Positions 6,499 through 15,817 of a stretch of DNA of 24,000 bases are shown in pieces; positions within the stretch are counted from its first letter, which is position 1, and every line of letters begins with the position of its first letter. Location of the stretch: the NCBI GenBank assembly GCA_021650775.1, contig JAHSRM010000055.1, positions 14,262 through 38,261 on the forward strand. The letters are read 5' to 3'. The DNA is from Candidatus Benthortus lauensis (GTDB lineage: Archaea; Thermoproteota; Nitrososphaeria_A; Caldarchaeales; Wolframiiraptoraceae). The translations under genes and the position numbers were made by a program. The notes beneath the pieces are model-generated. The model saw only the letters and a list, made by a program, of their open reading frames with translations. It did no database searches and had not been told where the DNA came from.

Positions 6499-9400
6499 TT
6501 GATGATGGGAATGATTGCGAGGACGGTGATGGACGGTCTCTGCCCCAACTGCGGGGGGGCCATAGAGGATGATAGGCTTCTCTCGGGAGGTGTTTGTAGG
6601 GCCTGTCTGGAAGACCTCCCAGCCCGTCCCAGCCCCCATGAGTTAGCCAGGCTTCTGGATGAGAGGGGTAGGCTCAGGTCATACAGGATGATAAGCGACC
6701 TGCTGAGGGAGTATGAGGTCTTCAAGAGGGACTTCGAGCAGGCCGTCGGCCACCCCCCATGGTCTCTCCAGGAGGTCTGGGCCAAGAGGGTCATTATGGA
6801 CGAGAACTTCGCAATAGTCGCGCCAACGGGGGTGGGCAAGACCGTCTTCTGCATAATTGCCTGCCTCTACCTCGTCAAGTATAGGAGGCGTAGATGCTAC
6901 CTCATGCTCCCCAGCAGCATGCTCGTGGAACAGGTTGCGGAGAAGGTCTCCAAGTTCTCCGAGAAGATAGGCGTGAAGCCAGGCGAGATAGTGTATTATC
7001 ATGCGGGGATGGGTAGGAAGGAGAAGGAGGAGGCCCTCGAGAAGATTAGGTCGAGGAAATTCAGGCTCCTGATAACAACAGACCGATTCATAGTCGATAG
7101 GATGGACTACTTGGAGAACGTGGGGTTCGACAACATCTTCGTTGATGACGTGGACTCTTTCCTGAAGAGTCCCAAGAACATAGACAGGGTCATGGTTCTG
7201 CTGGGCTTCAGCCCCGATGTGGTTGAGAAGGTTCTGAGGCTCGTGGAGGTTAGGAGGAGGCTGGCCGCAACAGGCGATAAAGCCTTGGAGAAGGAGTATA
7301 ACAGGCTTACGAGGGAGATTGAGAGGCTTAAGAGCAGGAAGCATGGGAGACTCGTGGTGGCCGGAGCAACAATCAAGACAAAGACCACAAAACGCATCCT
7401 CATATTCTCCGAGCTCCTCGGATTCGAGATTGGGAGCAGGATAGAGTTCGTCAGGAACATAGTCGATTTCTATCTTGAGCCACGTAGAGACGTTATCGAG
7501 GAGGCTGTGGAGCTTGTCAAGAGGCATGGCAGGGGAGGGCTGGTCTTCGCACCCATGGTGGGAGGCAGGGAGATGGCGGGCAGGATAGCTGAGAAACTGA
7601 GGGAGGCGGGGATAAAGGCATACCTCTACGAGAAGATGGAGGAAGACGTCCTACAGAGATTCGTCGAGGGAGAATACGACGTCTTGGTGGGCGTGGCAGG
7701 CAGCAGAAGTCCTCTGGCCAGGGGAATAGACCTCCCAGAGACCGTGAGATACACGGTGTTCGCAGGAGTGCCACGTAGGGAGGTCAAGGTATCCAGGGAG
7801 GAATACAACCCCAACAAGCTCTTCATGTTCCTCACCAACATACTGGAGGTAATCCCCGAGTCCAGTAGGGTGGAGGCCCTGAAGCTCATCCAGAGGCTTA
7901 GGAAGGTCGTCCCCGTATCCAAGACGATAGTGGAGAAGCTGGCGGAAGCATTCTCCAGGGAGGAGAGGCTGGAGGGCTACGAGGGATACGTCCAAGACCT
8001 GGTGGAGCAGGTTAGGAGATACCTGTCCAAAGTATTGACCAAAGAGTTCGTCGAGAAGATAGCCTCCGAGTCCGACCTGGCGATAAAGGTAATCGACGAC
8101 GGATTCTCCCTGATAATCCCTGATGTCTCGGGATACCTCCAAGCCGCAGGAAGAACCTCCAGGCTCTACGCAGCGGGGGTGTCACGTGGAGTAAGCATAC
8201 TGGTTAAGGATGATGAGAAGACCTTCCGAGCCCTTACCAGGAGGCTTAAGGTCGTCTTGGAGGAGTTTGAGTGGGTTGAGTATAGACGTGAGGAGGCTGA
8301 GAGGGAGTTCGAGAGGGTCGATAGGGATAGGAGGCTGATAAGGGAGATTAGGGAGGGGGTCTTGAAAATCCCGCTCAAAGACCTCGTAAGAATGGCTCTC
8401 ATGATAGTCGAGTCCCCCACCAAGGCCAAGACAATAGCACGATTCTTCGGGAAACCATACAGGAGGAACGTTAAGGGCCTAACCATCTACGAGACCAGCA
8501 CAGGCAACCTCATACTCCAGATAACCGCAACCATGGGCCATGTAACAGACTTGGAGATAACACCAGGGGTCCACGGCGTCCTAATCAGGGACGGAAGGTT
8601 CATACCAGTCTTCGGCCCAATAAAGAGGTGCTCGAGATGCGGGGAGCAGTTCGTTGAGGGTGATGTCTGCCCCAACTGCGGGTCAAGGGATTACCTGAAC
8701 AAGCTCGAGATAATCGAGGCCTTGAGGAGGGTCGCCCTAGAGGTTAATGAGGTGTATGTCGCAACAGACCCCGACGCAGAGGGAGAGAAGATAGCATACG
8801 ACTTGACGGCGGCCCTCAAGCCCTACAACCCGAACATCCATCGCCTAGAGTTCCATGAGGTAACGAGGAAGGCTCTCCGCCAAGCCCTGGAGAACAAGAG
8901 GGAGATATCGTATCCGCTTGTCGAGGCCCAGCTAGTAAGGAGGATAGAGGATAGGTGGCTGGGATTCGAGCTGAGCAGGAAGCTGTGGGAGAGGTTCAGG
9001 TCCAAGTATCTCTCCGCAGGCAGGGTTCAGACACCTGTCCTAGGATGGGTCGTGGAGAGAACGCTCGAGGCCCGCAAGAAGAAGACCATACTCAGGGCCG
9101 TGCTGGAGAACGGGGTCGAGGTCTCATACGAGAACCCTGAGAACGCCGAGGAGGTTTTAAAGAGATACGAGGAGGGAGACGTCAGGGCCCGGATAACCGA
9201 GCTGAGGGAGGAGGTCAGGGAGGTTCCTCCCCCGCCGCCCTACACGACCGACTCACTCCTAAGAGACGCAGCAATCTACCTCAAATACCCCGTAACACTC
9301 ACCATGCAGCTCGCCCAAGACCTCTTCGAGAGCGGTCTGATAACATATCATAGAACCGACGCCACAACGGTCTCAACAGCAGGCCTGAACGTTGCGAGGG

Positions 9401-10128
9401 AGTATATCGAGAAGAGTGGGGTAGGGGAGTTCACTCCGAGAACCTACAGGAGGGAGGGGGCCCACGAGTGCATCCGGCCCGTCAAGCCCATGGATAGGAG
9501 GGAGCTGACACAGTTCATCCAGATGGGTTTGATTAGCTTCCCGATAAAGCTGACCGACAGGCATCTAAGGCTCTATGACATGATTTTCAGGAGGTTCATA
9601 GCTAGCCAGCTTCAGCCCGCCAGGGTAAGCGTCCAGAAGTTCAAGGTGGTGGTTGATGGCCTATCCAAGGAGATGGAGAGGACTGTGGAGGTGTTGGAGT
9701 CAGGGTTCAACCGGGTCTTCGCAGTAATCTCCGCATCCCCAAGGGTCTCCGAGGGAGAATACACGGTCAAGAGCATGGAGGTTAGGAAGGTTCCCGCAGC
9801 ATGGCTCTACAACGAGGGAGACATAATAGCCCTGATGAGGGAGAGGGGGATAGGGAGGCCCAGCACCTACAGCAAGATAGTCCAGACACTATTCAACCGT
9901 GGATACGTCTTCGAGAAGAACGGGAAGCTGATAGCCACCAAGAAGGGCAGGACAATCTACGAGTATCTTAGGGAGAACTTCGGGGAATTCGTCTCCGAGA
10001 AGGTTACAAGGGAGCTGGAGGAGATAATGGACAGGATTGAGAGGGGTGAACTCGACTACCAGTCAATCCTCGGGGAGCTTTATCGCCAGATAGAGCAGGT
10101 CAAGAAGATAACGGTCAAGGCAGCCTGA
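6499..10128 (+). CDS. rgy: reverse gyrase (SF2 helicase-like domain fused to a type IA topoisomerase)
   Basis: N-terminal zinc finger CPNCGG..-..CRAC, Walker A APTGVGKT and FVDDVD box. The Toprim region reads MIVESPTKAKTIARFFG with the inserted zinc ribbon CSRCG...CPNCG. DPDAEGEKIA and the active-site tyrosine motif GLITYHRTD are present. The start is TTG 6499 or ATG 6502. Confidence 0.95.
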   Translation: MMMGMIARTVMDGLCPNCGGAIEDDRLLSGGVCRACLEDLPARPSPHELARLLDERGRLRSYRMISDLLREYEVFKRDFEQAVGHPPWSLQEVWAKRVIMDENFAIVAPTGVGKTVFCIIACLYLVKYRRRRCYLMLPSSMLVEQVAEKVSKFSEKIGVKPGEIVYYHAGMGRKEKEEALEKIRSRKFRLLITTDRFIVDRMDYLENVGFDNIFVDDVDSFLKSPKNIDRVMVLLGFSPDVVEKVLRLVEVRRRLAATGDKALEKEYNRLTREIERLKSRKHGRLVVAGATIKTKTTKRILIFSELLGFEIGSRIEFVRNIVDFYLEPRRDVIEEAVELVKRHGRGGLVFAPMVGGREMAGRIAEKLREAGIKAYLYEKMEEDVLQRFVEGEYDVLVGVAGSRSPLARGIDLPETVRYTVFAGVPRREVKVSREEYNPNKLFMFLTNILEVIPESSRVEALKLIQRLRKVVPVSKTIVEKLAEAFSREERLEGYEGYVQDLVEQVRRYLSKVLTKEFVEKIASESDLAIKVIDDGFSLIIPDVSGYLQAAGRTSRLYAAGVSRGVSILVKDDEKTFRALTRRLKVVLEEFEWVEYRREEAEREFERVDRDRRLIREIREGVLKIPLKDLVRMALMIVESPTKAKTIARFFGKPYRRNVKGLTIYETSTGNLILQITATMGHVTDLEITPGVHGVLIRDGRFIPVFGPIKRCSRCGEQFVEGDVCPNCGSRDYLNKLEIIEALRRVALEVNEVYVATDPDAEGEKIAYDLTAALKPYNPNIHRLEFHEVTRKALRQALENKREISYPLVEAQLVRRIEDRWLGFELSRKLWERFRSKYLSAGRVQTPVLGWVVERTLEARKKKTILRAVLENGVEVSYENPENAEEVLKRYEEGDVRARITELREEVREVPPPPPYTTDSLLRDAAIYLKYPVTLTMQLAQDLFESGLITYHRTDATTVSTAGLNVAREYIEKSGVGEFTPRTYRREGAHECIRPVKPMDRRELTQFIQMGLISFPIKLTDRHLRLYDMIFRRFIASQLQPARVSVQKFKVVVDGLSKEMERTVEVLESGFNRVFAVISASPRVSEGEYTVKSMEVRKVPAAWLYNEGDIIALMRERGIGRPSTYSKIVQTLFNRGYVFEKNGKLIATKKGRTIYEYLRENFGEFVSEKVTRELEEIMDRIERGELDYQSILGELYRQIEQVKKITVKAA

Positions 10129-10166
10129 GGAAACACTCAAATCCTCCATAAATAACTTCACCAAGA

Positions 10167-11402
10167 ATGTCCGGGATGAGTAGGATAATCAGCCTTGAGC
10201 AGTTGGAGGAGCTTAGGATAAAGCCCGCCTTCGAGAGGTATATGGAGGCTGCCGAGAGGATAATAGGCCAAGTTAGGAGCGAGGGCGACAAGGCTCTTAG
10301 GGAGCTGACCAAGAGGTTCGATGGCGTGGAGCTTGAGAGCTTCATGGTCGATAGGGAGGAGATGAGGAGGGCCTACGAGAGGTTTCCCCACTCCCCCGTG
10401 CTCAAACGCTTGGCGAGGAGAATTAAGTGGGTTGAGTCGAGGCTCTTGAGGAGGCTGAGGTTCAACGAGAGGACGCCCGACGGATTCAAGGTAACCATGA
10501 CCCCCAGGCCCCTCAACTCCGTGGGATGCTACATACCTGGAGGATTGGCGAGATACCCCTCAACAATGCTCATGGCCACGGTTCCAGCGAAGGTGGCGGG
10601 AGTAAGCAGGGTGGCTGCATTCACACCCCCACCAGCCGACGACGCAACCCTCGCAGCAGCATACATCGCAGGCGTGGACGAGCTCTACCTGATTGGAGGC
10701 GCCCAAGCAATAGCCGCCATGGCCTATGGAACCGAGAGCATCAAGCCCGTGGACAAGATAGTTGGGCCGGGTGGTGGATACGTGGCCGCAGCCAAGCTCC
10801 TCGTCTCCAGGGATGTCTCCATAGACTTTCCAGCGGGTCCAACCGAGCTGCTCGTGATAGCCGACGGCGGCCAGAGGCCTGGCGAGATAGTCAGGGAGCT
10901 TATGTCTCAGGCGGAGCATAGCCCCGACACCATGGTAGGCCTGCTAACCACCTCCGAGAAGCTTGCTAGGCAGGTCGATAAGCTTCTGCCCGAGACGGCC
11001 TCAAGGGTCCCCAGAGGCGAGATAATACTTGAGTCGTGGAGGAGGAATGGCTTCATCTCTGTCTGCGGCTCCATGGATGAGGCGGTCGAGACGGCCGACA
11101 GGATAGCCCCGGAGCATCTCTCAATATTCTCGGGTAAGGCTGGTGAGATAGCGGGTAAGGTGAGGAACGCCGGGATAATCTCAGTGAACTCTCCATCGGT
11201 TCTCAGCGACTACGTGATAGGTGTAAGCCACATCCTCCCCACGTGGAGGTGGGCGAGGGTGAGGGGAGGGCTAAGCATCATAGACTTCATAAAACTCGTA
11301 TACGTGGTCAATGCTCCACGCAGAGCCATAAAGGGTGTGGAGAAGGACCTCAAGACCCTTTCCATGATAGAGGACCTGCCCAACCACGGCGAAGCGGTAT
11401 GA
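10167..11402 (+). CDS. hisD: histidinol dehydrogenase
   Basis: Family motifs GGAQAIAAMAYGTESIKPVDKIVGPGGGYVAAAK, PAGPTELLVIAD, SQAEHSPD and APEHL are present. A TATA-like ATAAATAA at 10148-10155 suggests the leaderless start may be ATG 10176 rather than 10167. Confidence 0.9.
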   Translation: MSGMSRIISLEQLEELRIKPAFERYMEAAERIIGQVRSEGDKALRELTKRFDGVELESFMVDREEMRRAYERFPHSPVLKRLARRIKWVESRLLRRLRFNERTPDGFKVTMTPRPLNSVGCYIPGGLARYPSTMLMATVPAKVAGVSRVAAFTPPPADDATLAAAYIAGVDELYLIGGAQAIAAMAYGTESIKPVDKIVGPGGGYVAAAKLLVSRDVSIDFPAGPTELLVIADGGQRPGEIVRELMSQAEHSPDTMVGLLTTSEKLARQVDKLLPETASRVPRGEIILESWRRNGFISVCGSMDEAVETADRIAPEHLSIFSGKAGEIAGKVRNAGIISVNSPSVLSDYVIGVSHILPTWRWARVRGGLSIIDFIKLVYVVNAPRRAIKGVEKDLKTLSMIEDLPNHGEAV

Positions 11403-12502
11403 GTTATAGGATGCTTGGGGAAGGCGTCCTCATTCGCAGGGAGTTCGAGCCTGAGCTACCCGGCCTGGAGGCAATACTCTTCGACTGCGATGGAACCCTC
11501 GTGGATGCCCGGCCATCCTACAACCTAACCATAAAGCTGACGGTCATGATACTCCTCAACGAGCTCTATGGCCTGGAGGCAAGGGTCGGAGATGAGGCGG
11601 AGGAGACAATACACGCACTACGCATGCTCGGAGGATTCAACAACGACTGGTATATAGCGTCGGCCCTAACTCAGGCAATATTCCTGGAGGCCGGTCCAGA
11701 GGGAGACCCTAAACCCATCAAACCCAACATACCATTAGACCGATACCTTGAGATGTCGTCGGGGGAGAGCGGGCCCGAGTATGTCATTAGGGGTATGGAG
11801 CTTCTGAAGAAGTTCGCCGAAGAGAGGATGGGCGGGTATGCGGGCCCCAGGGATGTAGATGACTTCCTCATGGGGGTTGCGGGTGAGCGGGGACTCGTGG
11901 AGCGGCTGGGCGGGTTGAGGCAGGCTGCTGGACTAGGCGGGCGGATAGAGTTTGCTGGGAGCCTGCTCGCCAGAGTCTTCGACGAGATATATCTGGGCAG
12001 GGAGGGTGTGAGGGTTAGGAGGGGTGTGGAGCCGAGGTATGTTGACTGGGGTGGTGCGGTGGAGCGTGAAAGGATACTGATACTCCGCCAGACCCTACTC
12101 TCCCTGAGAGACATGGTTCCAAAGGGTTTGGGGATAGTCACCGGGAGGGGTGGATGGGAGACCTGGAAGACCCTCGGGGCCTTCAGGCAGCTCTTCAGGG
12201 AGGAGGGATGCGTCTTCATCTCGGATATAAGCAGCCCGGAGTTCGAGAAACCCTCTCCCAAAGCCCTCCTCAAGGCAGCCGAGAACATGGGTGTGGAGAG
12301 GATACTCTATGTGGGAAACTCGGCGGAGGACCTAATAATGGTGAGGAGGGCGGCCGACCAGGGGCTTGAGGCGGCTTTCGCAGGCGTGGTCGAGAACGAT
12401 GGCTCGCTCAACTACTTTATAAGCAGGGGAGCCGAGATAATCCTCGACGACGTAAACCTCCTTCCAAGAGTCTTCCGTGGAGAAGTCCTCTGGAAGCCGT
12501 AG
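11399..12502 (+). CDS. HAD-superfamily hydrolase with a large cap insertion
   Basis: ATG 11399 overlaps the hisD stop (ATGA). HAD motif I is LFDCDGTLVD, motif II GIVTGR, motif III EKPSPK and motif IV YVGNSAEDL. The upstream part of ORF 11243..12502 is an out-of-frame read of the hisD 3' end. Confidence 0.8.
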   Translation: MSYRMLGEGVLIRREFEPELPGLEAILFDCDGTLVDARPSYNLTIKLTVMILLNELYGLEARVGDEAEETIHALRMLGGFNNDWYIASALTQAIFLEAGPEGDPKPIKPNIPLDRYLEMSSGESGPEYVIRGMELLKKFAEERMGGYAGPRDVDDFLMGVAGERGLVERLGGLRQAAGLGGRIEFAGSLLARVFDEIYLGREGVRVRRGVEPRYVDWGGAVERERILILRQTLLSLRDMVPKGLGIVTGRGGWETWKTLGAFRQLFREEGCVFISDISSPEFEKPSPKALLKAAENMGVERILYVGNSAEDLIMVRRAADQGLEAAFAGVVENDGSLNYFISRGAEIILDDVNLLPRVFRGEVLWKP

Positions 12503-12533
12503 ATGGATGTCATGTAAGGTTGGTTGGGAACCC

Positions 12534-12540
12534 TTATATA
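12534..12540 (+). promoter_or_regulatory. TATA-like box (TTATATA) for the PqqD-like gene
   Basis: Centred 26 nt upstream of ATG 12563. Confidence 0.45.
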
Positions 12541-12562
12541 CGTCGTAAAACCCAGAAACCTC

Positions 12563-12817
12563 ATGGAAGAGCCTAAGCTAAGGAGGAAGGGCGCCCTCCT
12601 CAAGAACGAGGAGGGAGAGCTTGTCCTCGTAAACGAGTCGAACCAGGCCTACAAGGTAGATGAGGTGGTGGCATACATCTGGAGCATCTGCGACGGAAAG
12701 ACCCTGAACGAGGTAGTGGACGCCTTCGCAGAGGCGAGCAACGTCTCCGCAGATGAGATAAGGGAGCCTCTCACAAACCTAATCGATAAGTTAAGGTCAG
12801 CCTCACTAATCGAGTAA
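12563..12817 (+). CDS. PqqD-family / RiPP-recognition-element (RRE)-like small protein
   Basis: ...EGELVLVNESNQAYKVDEVVAYIWSICDGKTLNEVVDAFAEASNVSADEIREPLTNLIDKLRSASLIE fits the PqqD pattern (..vl.d...g....LN..a..iw...DG.rt..ei...l...y.v..e.....v..fl..L...gli.). I start at ATG 12563 (M14 of the ORF) because of the TATA spacing. Confidence 0.7.
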   Translation: MEEPKLRRKGALLKNEEGELVLVNESNQAYKVDEVVAYIWSICDGKTLNEVVDAFAEASNVSADEIREPLTNLIDKLRSASLIE

Positions 12818-12850
12818 GGGAAGCTAACGTAAATCACATCCACTCACCCC

Positions 12851-12859
12851 TATATATTA
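12851..12859 (+). promoter_or_regulatory. TATA-like box (TATATATTA) for the MarC-family gene
   Basis: Centred 26 nt upstream of ATG 12881. Confidence 0.45.
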
Positions 12860-12880
12860 TCATAAACGCTAACCCCCGGG

Positions 12881-13474
12881 ATGATGGACCCCCAGCTCCT
12901 CGACCTGGCCCGGGGAATAATCTCCCTCTTCCTGATAGTGGACCCACTCGGAAACATACCCATCTTCATAGGCTTGACCCGGGAGCTGGGTGAGGAGGAT
13001 AGGTGGAGGGCCTTCAAGACAGCCGTCATAACGGGGTTCAGCCTACTCCTAGTCTTCTCGGTGGCGGGGCGATGGGTCCTCGAACTATTCAACATAACGC
13101 TCGAGAGCTTCAAGGTTGCGGGAGGAGCCCTCCTGCTAGTCCTCGCATTCCAGCTGCTGACCAAGAACGAGTTGGAGGAGCCTGGCTCCCCGGAGGAGTC
13201 TGGAGTTGTTCCGCTGGGCATCCCGCTTCTCGCAGGCCCGGGAGCCATAACAACCACCATAGTCTCACTCGAGACAATCGGGACACCCCTAACGATAGTC
13301 TCTGTAATCGTTGTGGCAGCATTAACATGGATAATCCTAAAGTTCATCAACCCAATCTACGGATTCCTTGGGAGAACAGGCTCCCTAATCATCTCCAAGA
13401 TAATGGCGATGCTCATAGCGGCCATAGCGGTCCAATACATCCTGGAGGGAATCACCGAGTATCTTGGAGGTTAG
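12881..13474 (+). CDS. MarC-family (UPF0056) integral membrane protein
   Basis: The N-terminal LFLIVDPLGNIPIFIGLT motif and six hydrophobic segments are typical of the MarC/NAAT family. Confidence 0.8.
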   Translation: MMDPQLLDLARGIISLFLIVDPLGNIPIFIGLTRELGEEDRWRAFKTAVITGFSLLLVFSVAGRWVLELFNITLESFKVAGGALLLVLAFQLLTKNELEEPGSPEESGVVPLGIPLLAGPGAITTTIVSLETIGTPLTIVSVIVVAALTWIILKFINPIYGFLGRTGSLIISKIMAMLIAAIAVQYILEGITEYLGG

Positions 13475-13543
13475 GTGAATAGGTAACCGAGATTCTGAAG
13501 TTTATCAACGTTTATATGTTGGGCGGGGGGCTTCGCAGGTGGT

Positions 13544-13936
13544 ATGGCCGTGGATGATGCGAGGAAAGAGGAGGTTAGGAAGAAGGTTATAGCCGCCCTC
13601 AGGACTATTCATGACCCTGAGATACCCGTGAATATCTACGACCTCGGCCTAATCTATGGAATCGAGATAGACGATGAACTCAACGTTAAGATAATCTTCA
13701 CGCTCACGGCACCCGCCTGCCCCATAGGCGGATTCATACACGCCATGATAGAGGAGACGGTGAAGGAGTATGTTCCCGAGGCCAAGAGCGTTACGGCTGA
13801 GATGGTCTGGGAGCCTGTGTGGACACCCGATAAGGTTACTCCAGAGGGTAGGGAGATGCTGCAGCAGGCCTTCGGATACGATGTTGTGGGCGAGTGGCTT
13901 AAGAGCCAGCAACAGCAGAAGGCTCAGCAGGGCTAA
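13544..13936 (+). CDS. DUF59/SufT-like Fe-S cluster assembly protein (MIP18 family)
   Basis: VIAALRTIHDPEIPVNIYDLGLIYGIEIDD...VKIIFTLTAPACPIGG is the canonical DUF59 core. A TATA-like TTTATAT lies at 13511-13517. Confidence 0.85.
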   Translation: MAVDDARKEEVRKKVIAALRTIHDPEIPVNIYDLGLIYGIEIDDELNVKIIFTLTAPACPIGGFIHAMIEETVKEYVPEAKSVTAEMVWEPVWTPDKVTPEGREMLQQAFGYDVVGEWLKSQQQQKAQQG

Positions 13937-14433
13937 CCCCTTCTCCACCCGTAACTCGCCGCCAACCCCATAACCACGCCATATACTAGGTGGACCAGGA
14001 GGCTGCCTGCCAGGAACCCTGGGAGGATAAGGTTTCTCACAAGGAACTCTATCCTCGCCTCAGGAACACCCTCAACTATGCTTGTCAGGATCTCTATTAT
14101 GGCGTCTGGGGCTGCGATGAGGGCGAAGGGTAGGAAGAGGATGAGGTAGGCCACGAGGCCTGCGAGCGCCCCGAGTAGTATGCCTCTCCTGGCGGTGGAG
14201 GGGTGGAGCCTCTCAAGGGAGCTTATGGTTAGTGTGAAGAGTATTCCTATCAGGAGGCCTGTGGCGACGTGGATTAGGAAGCCTCCGAGGACGCCTACAC
14301 CGAAGACGTGGCCCACGAGGGTGAAGAAGGCGTAGGGCGGATGCCCTATCAATACGAATAGGGCTGACATCAAAGAGGTGGAGGCGATTAGGCCGAGGCC
14401 CCCCGCAACCAGGCCCCAGACCAGAGCCCTCAT
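13933..14433 (-). CDS. small polytopic membrane protein, function unknown
   Basis: The 166-aa ORF has 4-5 Gly/His-containing hydrophobic helices. I recognise no family. A TATA-like box lies about 26 nt upstream of ATG 14433. Confidence 0.7.
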   Translation of the reverse strand: MRALVWGLVAGGLGLIASTSLMSALFVLIGHPPYAFFTLVGHVFGVGVLGGFLIHVATGLLIGILFTLTISSLERLHPSTARRGILLGALAGLVAYLILFLPFALIAAPDAIIEILTSIVEGVPEARIEFLVRNLILPGFLAGSLLVHLVYGVVMGLAASYGWRRG

Positions 14434-14454
14434 CCCCCGAACAGAATGCTACCC

Positions 14455-14462
14455 AATAATAA
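14455..14462 (-). promoter_or_regulatory. TATA-like box (TTATTATT on the minus strand) for the membrane protein gene
   Basis: Centred 25.5 nt upstream of the minus-strand ATG at 14433. Confidence 0.4.
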
Positions 14463-14551
14463 CCCTTTGACGACATATCCTTGGATGGGTGCCCATAGAA
14501 ACGCATAAATACCCGTCATTTAGACATCGAAGCTATAATTGTGGTGGAATC

Positions 14552-15817
14552 ATGGCCCAGCCCAGGGTGGTAGAGGGATACCTGCCGATACCCTCGAAGG
14601 CGGGGCCCGAGTTCTGGGACAGGGAGAGGATAGAGCATATCAGGTCTCTCGCCACCTCTGGGAGGGCCAGGAGGCTTTGGGACCCGAATAAGGGCAGGTC
14701 CCTTAGGATACTCGACCACATACTCTTCAAGGCCGAGCTAGAGGGAGGAGATGGGGCGGAGGGTGAGCCTGGGGCCAGCTCCGAGACCCAGATAGCATAT
14801 GGGAGGATTAGCCTCTCATCACCCCTCTACCTCGGAGACATGTCCTACGGAGCCTTAAGCGGGGTCCCAAACATAGCCCTGGCCAGGGCCGCCGACGAGA
14901 CGGGGACCATAGCTGGGACAGGTGAGGGAGGCCTCCACCCCGAGGTGGCGAAGTGTAGGAGAATCACGGTCCAGTGGGCGTCGGCGAGGTTCGGGGTGGA
15001 CCTAAAGGTCCTGAGGACGGGTCTAGGCATAGTCATCAAGATTGGGCAGGGAGCCAAGCCCGGGATAGGGGGGCATCTGCCGGGAGTCAAGGTAACCGAG
15101 CCTATCTCGAGGACCAGGAGGATACCGGTGGGAACCGACGCCATCTCGCCCGCACCCCATCACGACATCTACTCGATAGAGGACCTGGAGCAGAGGATAT
15201 GGGCCTTGAAGGAGGCCACGGGGAAGCCCGTCTTCGTCAAGGTCGCCGCAACCAACTACATCCGATACATAGCCTCCGGCGTGGCGAGGATGGGGGCAGA
15301 CGGCATAATCATAGACGGTCATGGAGCAGGGACGGGGGCCGCACCCCAGGTGGTTAGAGACAACATAGGGCTGCCAATCGAGATAGCCACGCCTGCGGTC
15401 GATGAGACGCTTAGGAGGGAGGGGCTGAGAGACGGGTTCTCGGTTATAGTGGGTGGGAGGGTTAGCAGTGCGGAGGACACGGCCAAGCTCATAGCCCTCG
15501 GAGCCGACGCAGTCTCCATCGGGACAGCCGCCCTAATAGCGATGGGGTGCATCATGGTCCATAAGTGTCATCTCGGGTTCTGCCCAGCCCTCATAACCAA
15601 CAAGATTACCAGCAACCCCTCAAAGGTCCTCTCGGTAGAGTGGGCAACCAAGACCGTCGTGAACCTGCTCCGGGGCTGGAGCCACGAACTCCGCCTAATC
15701 ATGGATAGGGTTGGTGTGAAGAGCATAAAGGAGCTTAGGGGTAGGAGGGACCTCCTAGTCGCAGACGACTCAATCAACCAGGAGGTCCTCGAGGTGATGG
15801 GGGTGAAGAGATGGTAA
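14552..15817 (+). CDS. gltB: glutamate synthase FMN-binding (synthase) subunit, archaeal split type (GltB domain 2-like)
   Basis: Motifs [50 protein letters not shown] and [24 protein letters not shown] are present. The 3Fe-4S-type triad is [14 protein letters not shown] (C-x5-C-x4-CP). I start at ATG 14552 (M22 of the ORF). Confidence 0.85.
   Translation: MAQPRVVEGYLPIPSKAGPEFWDRERIEHIRSLATSGRARRLWDPNKGRSLRILDHILFKAELEGGDGAEGEPGASSETQIAYGRISLSSPLYLGDMSYGALSGVPNIALARAADETGTIAGTGEGGLHPEVAKCRRITVQWASARFGVDLKVLRTGLGIVIKIGQGAKPGIGGHLPGVKVTEPISRTRRIPVGTDAISPAPHHDIYSIEDLEQRIWALKEATGKPVFVKVAATNYIRYIASGVARMGADGIIIDGHGAGTGAAPQVVRDNIGLPIEIATPAVDETLRREGLRDGFSVIVGGRVSSAEDTAKLIALGADAVSIGTAALIAMGCIMVHKCHLGFCPALITNKITSNPSKVLSVEWATKTVVNLLRGWSHELRLIMDRVGVKSIKELRGRRDLLVADDSINQEVLEVMGVKRW

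Noticed and set aside
6679-8142. Long antisense ORFs lie inside the reverse gyrase gene (282 aa, 117 aa, 163 aa and others). Similar ones lie opposite other confident genes: 953..1327, 4343..4798, 6315..6854, 10526..10921, 11671..12288, 12850..13350, 13003..13482, 14845..15555, 15568..16059, 16176..16622 and 16943..17452.
   Set aside because: They overlap genes with clear family motifs and translate to low-complexity P/R/S/G/L-rich strings with no recognisable domain. They are expected in GC-rich DNA, where stop codons are rare.
11243-11398. The ORF track proposes N-terminal extensions for several genes: HAD from 11243, hicB from 4337, hicA from 4509, the gltB-like gene from 14489, thiL from 20467, the PqqD-like gene from 12524 and LLM from 23990.
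   Set aside because: The extensions overlap the preceding gene in another frame or lie upstream of the TATA box. They add residues with no family similarity. Internal ATG/GTG codons give canonical N-termini and typical 4- to 17-nt operon overlaps.
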